From NCBI GenBank assembly GCA_965261085.1, contig OZ253442.1, forward strand, positions 640,001 to 704,000: a DNA stretch of 64,000 bases, read 5' to 3'. The number at the start of each line of letters is the position of its first letter. Within the stretch, counting starts at the first letter, position 1. Under the pieces are notes generated by a model. The model had not been told where the DNA came from, made no database searches, and worked only from the letters and a program-made list of their open reading frames with translations. Origin of the DNA: a bacterium. GTDB lineage: Bacteria > UBA8248. Below, piece by piece: positions 57,221 to 64,000 of the stretch. Both the position numbers and the translations under genes were made by a program.

Positions 57221-57938
57221 GCCTAGAAATCTGGCGACAAGGCGAATTGTACTCACCGGGGCTTCTCGGGGGATAGGTCGTGTTAGCGCGCTTCGCCTTG
57301 TAAAGGCGGGAGCGAAGGTGCTCGCCGTTTCGAGGGATGCCGATGCCCTGGCGAGGTTGGCGTTTGATTCAAAAGGATGCGTCGGTCAGATTTATCCGCA
57401 CAGTTGCGACGTGACAAAAGCCGATGAAGTGGAAGGGCTCACCGAAATGGCCGGAAAAAGGCTAGAGGGTGTGGATGCGCTGATAAACAATGCGGGTTCA
57501 GGTGTTTTCAAGGATATTGAAAACCTCTCGGTGGATGAATTTAATGCTACGGTTTCGGTATGCCTTACCGCGCCTTTCATGTTGACGCAGGCGCTTTGTC
57601 CCATGCTCGAAGCAGCGGAAGGCGAGGTCATTAACATATCTTCGATTAGTGCTGTGTCGGGTTTTCCAGGAGCGTCAGCTTATTGCGCCGCGAAAGCCGG
57701 TCTTGAGGGGCTGTCCAGAGCATTGGTGGAGGAGTTGAGGCCAAAAGGAATACGCCTCACCATCCTACGGCTCGGAGCATGCGCAACGGATATGTGGAAA
57801 TCCATTCCAGGGGAGTTCGACTTTGAGGCGATGATCCCTCCGGACCTGGTGGCGGAATCCATAGAGTTTTTGCTGTCTCAGTCCCGCAGGGCTTGGACGG
57901 AATCGATGGTGGTTCTTCCCCCGAAAGGCATGGTCTAG
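57207..57938 (+). CDS. SDR family oxidoreductase
   Basis: TGASRGIG, NNAG, YCAAK; GGAG before ATG 57207; overlaps PTPS end. Confidence 0.88.
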   Translation: MAFGEPRNLATRRIVLTGASRGIGRVSALRLVKAGAKVLAVSRDADALARLAFDSKGCVGQIYPHSCDVTKADEVEGLTEMAGKRLEGVDALINNAGSGVFKDIENLSVDEFNATVSVCLTAPFMLTQALCPMLEAAEGEVINISSISAVSGFPGASAYCAAKAGLEGLSRALVEELRPKGIRLTILRLGACATDMWKSIPGEFDFEAMIPPDLVAESIEFLLSQSRRAWTESMVVLPPKGMV

Positions 57939-58161
57939 TTTCTCCCCTTGTTGTCCTGAGAATCTGCCCATCCGGCGCTGGTCATCATCTACAAGATATA
58001 GCGCTAGAAGTGCTGAAGGCGCTTGTTGAACAGGGTGAAAAAAGGTAATAAATATGGCCCTTGGCGGATGAAGTTTCGTACAGTTCCCATCGCCGTGAAA
58101 AACGTTTCGCGAGTGCGTTGTCTCGAAAATATTATTTCACCATTTCTTCAGGAGGTGGGTT

Positions 58162-58461
58162 TTGAGCGTTGTTCGATATGAAAATTTGGATGTCGAATAT
58201 GAGACGGAGATTGGAGATTCCATTCTTGATGCGGATTTGGATAATGGTGTTGATCATACCTGCGATTGTGGCGGCAATTGCGCCTGCTCTACTTGTAAGG
58301 TGGTCGTGATTTCTGGAGCCGAGTTCCTCTCATCACAGCAGGAAGACGAAAAAGATACGTTGGATGCCTATGGGTGGAATCCAGCTGAATATCGGCTGGC
58401 TTGTCAATGTATCGTCGAAAGGGAGGGCCGAATCGTTTTGAACATGCCCGAACCTGAATAA
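58162..58461 (+). CDS. 2Fe-2S ferredoxin (adrenodoxin/ISC type)
   Basis: CGGNCACSTC ... RLACQC; AGGAGG RBS. Confidence 0.9.
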   Translation: MSVVRYENLDVEYETEIGDSILDADLDNGVDHTCDCGGNCACSTCKVVVISGAEFLSSQQEDEKDTLDAYGWNPAEYRLACQCIVEREGRIVLNMPEPE

Positions 58462-58464
58462 AAT

Positions 58465-59115
58465 TCAGGGCGCGTGTTCACCGACTTTGTTCCAGGCGCG
58501 AACCACCGAATCGAAATCAACCATGCCTTCTCGCAAGAGTTTTGGTTTCTCCCCTCTCGCGTCCACTACGGTGGAGGGCTGGGTATTTTCTGTTTTCCCG
58601 CCGTCTAAGACCAGCGCCACCTTATTTTGAAATTGAGATAAAATCGCTTGAGCGCTTTGGAGTGGAGGCTCCCCGGATAGGTTCGCGCTCGTCGCCACGA
58701 ATGGGCCGATGTGCGTGGCCAGGATACGGCAAAGCGCTTGAGCAGGCATGCGAAAGGCGACGGTTGAACCGTCTTCGGCGAGTTGGGGAGACAGATGGGA
58801 AGATGCCGATAGAACCAAAGTCAGACCCGAAGGCCATAAAGAATCCATCAAGCTCTCTGCGTGTGGAGAGATGTCGTCGGCGAGCCCTTTTAACTGGGAG
58901 CGACATCCAATGAGGACGGGTGCGCCTTTCTCGTCTTTTCTTCCCTTTATTTCGTAGAGTTTCCCAATGGCTTCTTGGTCGAAGGCGAGTGCGCATAAAC
59001 CGTAAATCGTATCCGTGGGCAAGGCGATAATGTTTCCGGAAACCAATTCTTCACCTGCCTGTCGAATGACTTCTTCTTCTGGTGAGTCAGGATTCACCGG
59101 GAGGATTCTGCTCAC
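58465..59115 (-). CDS. tsaC: L-threonylcarbamoyladenylate synthase (TsaC/Sua5/YrdC)
   Basis: PTDTIYGL, KGR, TSANLSG, PSTVVD, LREG. Confidence 0.92.
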   Translation of the reverse strand: MSRILPVNPDSPEEEVIRQAGEELVSGNIIALPTDTIYGLCALAFDQEAIGKLYEIKGRKDEKGAPVLIGCRSQLKGLADDISPHAESLMDSLWPSGLTLVLSASSHLSPQLAEDGSTVAFRMPAQALCRILATHIGPFVATSANLSGEPPLQSAQAILSQFQNKVALVLDGGKTENTQPSTVVDARGEKPKLLREGMVDFDSVVRAWNKVGEHAP

Positions 59116-59747
59116 TGCCTATTTTTCCGATACGTTCTTTGGGCACGACTTCGTTTGGGTCTTGGTTTTTGCCCGGAACTTTTTCTGGCGTCATCCTTGG
59201 GTTGAGCTGGACTGTCTTTTTGCGCTTGAGCAGGTGGAGGAGAAATTTCTTTCTGGAGCGCGGCATCCGCGGCCAGCACCTTCTCTGTTTGCTGTTGTGC
59301 GAAGTGACGGTATTCCTTCGCCAGCTTCGAGTCTGTCAATGCGAGTATCCGGGCGGCATGAAGGGCCGCGTTCCTGGCTCCGGGACCGCCGATTCCCATC
59401 GTCGCCACGGGAATACCGGGAGGCATTTGCACGGTCGAGAGAAGAGAATCGAGACCGCCGAGCGAGGAGCTGTTGATGGGAACGCCTATCACGGGCAAAT
59501 CGGTGGCGGCTCCGACGACGCCCGCTAAATGCGCCGACATGCCCGCGCCTGCGATCAGCACCCGGATTCCGCGCTCAGGCGCCGTTTTTACGTATTCATG
59601 AACGGCGGCGGGTGTGCGGTGGGCCGATAAGATTCTCATCTCGGAGGGAATGTTGAAGGTATCGAGCGCCTTGACGGCTTCTTCCATCACCGGTTTGTCC
59701 GATGCGCTTCCCATCAGGATTCCAACCAGGGGTGCTCTTGTGGCCAA
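59112..59747 (-). CDS. purE: N5-carboxyaminoimidazole ribonucleotide mutase
   Basis: MGSASD, SAHRTP, AGAGMSAHL.G, VQMPPGIPVAT. Confidence 0.95.
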   Translation of the reverse strand: MATRAPLVGILMGSASDKPVMEEAVKALDTFNIPSEMRILSAHRTPAAVHEYVKTAPERGIRVLIAGAGMSAHLAGVVGAATDLPVIGVPINSSSLGGLDSLLSTVQMPPGIPVATMGIGGPGARNAALHAARILALTDSKLAKEYRHFAQQQTEKVLAADAALQKEISPPPAQAQKDSPAQPKDDARKSSGQKPRPKRSRAQRTYRKNRQ

Positions 59748-59762
59748 AAGGTTCTCCTCTTT

Positions 59763-60152
59763 TTATTGGGGGATAAACGCGAGTAGTTCGATTTCTAGTT
59801 TCGCGCCGGCGATGATTTTTGACGCCTGAAACGTTGTTCGCGCCGGGGGGTCTTCCGTCCCGAAGTATTCCTCGAAGACGGCGTTCATTTCCTGCAGATC
59901 CGCCAGATCTTCCATGAAAATGGTTACTTTTACGGCGTTTTTCAGCGACGTGCCGCCCGCCTCGCACACCGCCTTGAGATTCTCGATAATCTGTCGCGTC
60001 TGTTCGGCGGCCCCGCCTGGAACCAATTGCCCCGTTGCGGGGTCGAGGGGCAACTGACCCGAGCAGTGAAGCCATTCTCCCACCTGAATGGCCTGAGAGA
60101 GAGGAACCTTGCCCGATGCGGCCTTATCCGTATGAATGACTATTTTTTCCAT
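59763..60152 (-). CDS. RidA/YjgF/UK114 family protein
   Basis: PLSQAI, SGQLPLDP, PPART, EIE. Confidence 0.9.
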   Translation of the reverse strand: MEKIVIHTDKAASGKVPLSQAIQVGEWLHCSGQLPLDPATGQLVPGGAAEQTRQIIENLKAVCEAGGTSLKNAVKVTIFMEDLADLQEMNAVFEEYFGTEDPPARTTFQASKIIAGAKLEIELLAFIPQ

Positions 60153-60348
60153 GAAACCCTCCTGGCGCTGGAATGTAGCGCCCCATCAAAACACAAAACG
60201 AGGCCTGTGGGTATCTTTGGCGGCATCTTTCGAGGGCTACGGCATAACCAAATATCTATCAATTACTTATGCCGCCTCGCCCTGACTCATCGAGGCGCGG
60301 TGCGCCCGGAGTCGTCCCCAGGCGGCGCGGAATTTCGTTTCATTTATG

Positions 60349-60401
60349 TATCGAAAAACCTCGTGAATTTATCGAATAACGTCGTGAATTTATCGATATT
60401 T
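60349..60401. repeat. 21-bp-period tandem motif; inverted copy of 13702-13733
   Basis: ATCGAAAAACCTCGTGAATTT ATCGAATAACGTCGTGAATTT ATCGATATTT. Confidence 0.75.
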
Positions 60402-60876
60402 ACAGGAAATATAATTTTTTGGATTATTCTGGATTCCCGCGCTCTTCATGCGTTCTTTTGAGGAGCGCGCCCTCTGAATCTCCGCGCCCCTCATGCGTCC
60501 CCTGAAGAAACGCTCCCCGGAATCTAACCGAACCGGCCTGAACCCGTCACACCGCAAATACGGGGAAATGCGCGCCCGGCCCCGAGCGGGGTCAAACCCG
60601 ACCGAGAAGGTCAATCCCGAGCGATGAGTGAGGGATTGCGGCTTTCCGTCCGAGAATGTCAGCCCCGACTGAACAAGGAGGGGTTGCGCTTTGCCGATGT
60701 TGAAGGAGCGATTGTGGAGGGGTGGAAATGAATGCCTCCCGGAGGGTCAGGCATATATACCCGCTGCCTGTGTTCCGCCCTGTTCGATCCTTCCGTGGGT
60801 TTAAGCTGAAATATGGGGTCGGCAACCTGAAAGACGGGTGCTACAATGAATCATTTCGAGGGGAAAGGAGAGCGCC

Positions 60877-61123
60877 TTGGAAAGAAGCCTGTTCGATCCG
60901 GCGGAAGACGGCGAAAGCGGCGGCGGCGAAGCGCAAGACGCACGAGTCGATCCGGGCGCGCCCTTGGCCGAGCGCATGCGGCCGCAGACGCTCGATGAGG
61001 TGTTGGGCCAGGATCATTTAATCGGCCCGGGCCGCGTGCTCAGGCGCGCCGTGGAGGAAGATTTCTTTACGCCCGCTCATCTTCTGGGGGCCGCCCGGCA
61101 CGGGGAAAACGACGCTCGCCCGT
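60877..61123 (+). pseudogene. rarA: replication-associated recombination protein RarA/MgsA, 5' fragment
   Basis: [21 protein letters not shown]; frameshift near 61075; [16 protein letters not shown]; homology then stops. Confidence 0.85.
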
Positions 61124-61273
61124 TCCCTCGAAGGAGGCCGCATGCGCCTCCACCGCGAGCAGGGCCGTCGTCATGGCGGCGGCGAGAAGATGGCGCGCGG
61201 CCCAGACCGCTAGGGGTCCAGGCCGCGAAAACACCCTCACGGTTTCCCGCTCCTGCCCGTCGCGCAGCGCCTG

Positions 61274-62280
61274 TTACTCCATCTTTTTCGCGCCGAAGCC
61301 TCCGATCACGTGCTGCTCGGGAGTAGTGGTGGTGGCGGCGCGACTACCGCTCATCACACCCCCGACTTCCTCCGCTGCCGGTCCATAGAAATGACCGCTC
61401 ATTTCGCCGCTGAACCCGCGAACGTTGTTCTCGGGCGCGCTGCTCGTATCGGTGTCCTCACCCATCCAGTACGCAGTGAAGCCATTTCCCGTAATATTGC
61501 CGCCCGAGATGGAAATCGCGTTCGTATCCGCCAACGGTGAATACCCGCTTTCTCCAGGGCGCCTAACCTCAAGCCTCTCGATTCGGCCGGAAACATCGCC
61601 GTTTCCGAAATTCGCCTCTAACGTCAGACTGGTGTCGCCACTACTTTGAAAACGTGTTCTACCGGAACTAGCATCTTGGTCATCTGCGCTCCATATATCG
61701 GCGCGCATGCGTCCTTTATAGGTGGCGCTGCCCATGGTAGGGAGATTCTCCGGGGCGGTCTGCGCGCCATGTACGCTATAGCCCCAATAGCTGCCCATCT
61801 CTATGTCGTCACCCTCATGGTGTATCCAGCCATTAACATCGAGGTACTGGAGAAAGTCTAATTGGTTGTAATTGCTTAATGGCTGAATCAAATTACCATC
61901 TTGCTTGCGAAAGCTAGACAAACCAGCTTGCAAGTCCTCCGGCACGAAATGAACGCTCCATTCCTTGTCATTGACAACATAGGTAATATGAAACCCGCCC
62001 GCGCCGTCGCGGGCAATGGATTTCAAATAAGCCGCGCCCGCTGCCGGCGCTCTCACCCCTGTATCCACGCCGGGTGGTCCCTTTCGACCGCATTCGGCAG
62101 AGGCGAAAACTCCTCGGTGCTCATGCTCACATCGACGACAGGCATCATGGGCGTCTCCATCCTGGCAGAACCGCCGCCGCCACCGCAGCCGGACAATACG
62201 AAGGTGAAGACAAGCACAAATATAAGAGTGAGAAACGAAGGAGACGTTATTCCAAAGGACTGCTTAAAGGGTTTGCTCAT
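61274..62280 (-). pseudogene. surface lipoprotein with transferrin-binding-protein-B-like beta-barrel, frameshifted near 62060
   Basis: lipobox LSGC+GGGGG in 62053-62280; C-part SATYKG...LEANF..GDVSG...GHFYGPAAEEVGG...GGFGAKK. Confidence 0.75.
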
Positions 62281-62299
62281 CTTGTTTCTCCTCGATTGT

Positions 62300-62498
62300 G
62301 AAAAACCAACTAGCGGTAAGATCGTTCAAGACGACCCGCTCCAGGGCGATCGATCCTCCACCCTTTGCGCTCATTTCGATGAGTCGTTATTCCCGTCTGC
62401 TGTGATCCTCAATCCTTGAAGCCGGTAATGTCTGTGCCCGCAATGAGGTCGATCGCGTCCTCCCCGTCGGTGTATTCGGTGATGGTGTCGTCATCACC
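62300..62498 (-). pseudogene. degenerate C-terminus of an RTX/hemolysin-type Ca-binding secreted protein
   Basis: manual translation across two frameshifts: GDDDTITEYTDGEDAIDL..ITGFKD/LRITADGNN/LIEMSAKGGGSIALERVVLNDLTASWFF. Confidence 0.6.
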
Positions 62499-62949
62499 TA
62501 AAAGAAGCACAGCGCCTCAAGGGGCGTAAGACACAGCACGTGTCCTATTCGAACACCGGGCCGGGACTGGCGCCGGTAGCTGTTGGGCTCGTGTAAGTTT
62601 GCAGGATGAAAACCATCGCTGCTCCATTCCAATGTTTCAGAAAACGCTGGCGAAACTCGTAACTCTTGCAAGACTGAGAGTTATTCGTCTTTTGGCTTAA
62701 ATATTTTGATTCGAATGGTCCCGCATACTTCGCCCCGGCGTATCGGACGGAACCGTTTCGCTGCCACGTTTTCTGCCACTACATCTGTGTATGGACACGC
62801 AATGTCGTTGATAATGCTGAAAGTATACGTAGTCGCACCCCTCTTCGCGCCCCCAAAACTGGGGAGATCCAGCGAAATTTTTAGCTGTTGTCTAAGGTAT
62901 TTTCGGGAAAACGAACGACTTAGGCGCTGGCCTAGGGCTGCTTCTACCT

Positions 62950-63999
62950 TCAGTCTCGAAACCCTGGAGCGTTGGCCAGCGACAACACAAGCCGCACCAG
63001 CTCGGCCTGCCGCGTGAGGCCGTGCTTGGCGAACATGTGCTTCACGTGCGAGCGGATCGTGCTCTCCTTTCGGTCCATCGCCTCGGCGATCTCTCGGACG
63101 CTCATGCCTTCGGCCAACAGCACCGCAACCCGGCTTTCCATCCCCGTGAGGCCGAGGGCCGCCCCAGCCACGGCCGGATCGATGCGGGTCCGGCTCTCCG
63201 GGTCCACGACCAGCACGAGCGCCGCGACCGGCCAAACGCGGAAGTCCGTACTCTGCCTTTCCACCGGGTTGACGTGCAGCAGAAGCGGCAGGGCCGATTC
63301 ACGCCTCACTATCGTAGAGCCGCCAACGCCCTGAGCCCAGAACGGTGGCAGCGCTCGCTTCAGTAGTCCCTGGAGAACGGCGTTGTCCTCCGGCGTGCGG
63401 GCGAACAGGAAACCGTCCTCGTCGAACAGACCGTCTCCGGTCCGCTGCAATTCCCGGGCGCGGTCGTTCATTTCCACGATCCGCCCGCGCCGGTCGAGCT
63501 GGATGATGCCCGATCCGGTGGTGTCGAGCAGCTCCGTGAGGGACGCGCCCAGAGCACCCGCGCCGGCCAGCGTCTGCCGGACGCGCACGTATTGGCGGAT
63601 ATGGGGCAGAAGACGCCGGATCGAGTCGAGCTGGGCGGACGACCAGCAGTCACCGTCAACCGGATCGTGGACAACCCAGGCAATGCTTGAGCCGTTGGGT
63701 CCATCCAGGCGCACGTTGATGCTGTTCTGGGCGTGCAAACGGGTCAAATAATCGTTGTATACTACGGAGGTTTTCAACTCCTCCTCGGTGAAGAGGTCGG
63801 CCGTATGGACCAGTTTACTGTCGGGGAGATGCCCCAGGCGCGGGACCCGTTCGTCCAGGGGGTAGTAGACCTCGAAGTACTCGCGTTCCCATTCGCGGTG
63901 CCGTTGCCCGTGGTAGAAGAACCCCGCAAAGTAGATCTGGATGTCCTCCCCGGAGTGTACGTCGACGATCCCCAGGCTGTTGCCGTGCACGCGGAGGAA
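62950..63999 (-). CDS. LuxR-type HTH transcriptional regulator with GAF/PAS-like sensor region (5' truncated by window)
   Basis: GLTGMESRVAVLLAEGMSVREIAEAMDRKESTIRSHVKHMFAKHGLTRQAELVRL. Confidence 0.9.
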   Translation of the reverse strand, partial: FLRVHGNSLGIVDVHSGEDIQIYFAGFFYHGQRHREWEREYFEVYYPLDERVPRLGHLPDSKLVHTADLFTEEELKTSVVYNDYLTRLHAQNSINVRLDGPNGSSIAWVVHDPVDGDCWSSAQLDSIRRLLPHIRQYVRVRQTLAGAGALGASLTELLDTTGSGIIQLDRRGRIVEMNDRARELQRTGDGLFDEDGFLFARTPEDNAVLQGLLKRALPPFWAQGVGGSTIVRRESALPLLLHVNPVERQSTDFRVWPVAALVLVVDPESRTRIDPAVAGAALGLTGMESRVAVLLAEGMSVREIAEAMDRKESTIRSHVKHMFAKHGLTRQAELVRLVLSLANAPGFRD

Positions 64000-64000
64000 A

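Noticed and set aside
14000-60000. Prophage or integrative element explaining the low-GC centre
   Set aside because: No integrase, phage or conjugation genes; contains housekeeping genes and has gradual borders
62053-62055. Sec readthrough in the lipoprotein gene
   Set aside because: The same frame hits another TGA within about 10 codons; the barrel domain is in another frame
62640-62940. att site or mobile-element end downstream of the LuxR gene
   Set aside because: Composition is suggestive, but no repeat partner, tRNA fragment or integrase is visible in the window

Overview
Bacterial chromosomal segment, probably origin-proximal: mnmG 3' end, three parS sites, parA, a frameshifted parB, bactofilin, and a lone dnaN at 50.5 kb. 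The high-GC flanks (about 1-14 kb and 59.5-64 kb) hold many short repeats (GTAG-type REP pairs, GTCATTCCGGC palindromes, a ~25-bp dispersed repeat, two MITE-like elements), a truncated IS1595 with passenger genes between 234-bp direct repeats, and several decayed genes. The lower-GC centre is repeat-poor and metabolic (crotonases, acyl-CoA dehydrogenase, MATEs, MscS, nadAC, tupABC, thrC-like, PTPS, tsaC, purE). The best candidate for an undescribed system is at 14.3-26 kb: four tandem paralogues of an uncharacterised WSDGLPV-PT protein family, an orphan xanthine-dehydrogenase-family Mo subunit, and a UGSC-type selenoprotein hidden by an in-frame TGA whose active site aligns with glycine-reductase GrdB. 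A second hidden selenoprotein, an Ogt with P-U-H-R-V, lies 4 kb downstream. Both TGAs are followed by SECIS-like hairpins. No rRNA, tRNA or CRISPR array was found. All calls come from reading motifs by eye; no searches were run.
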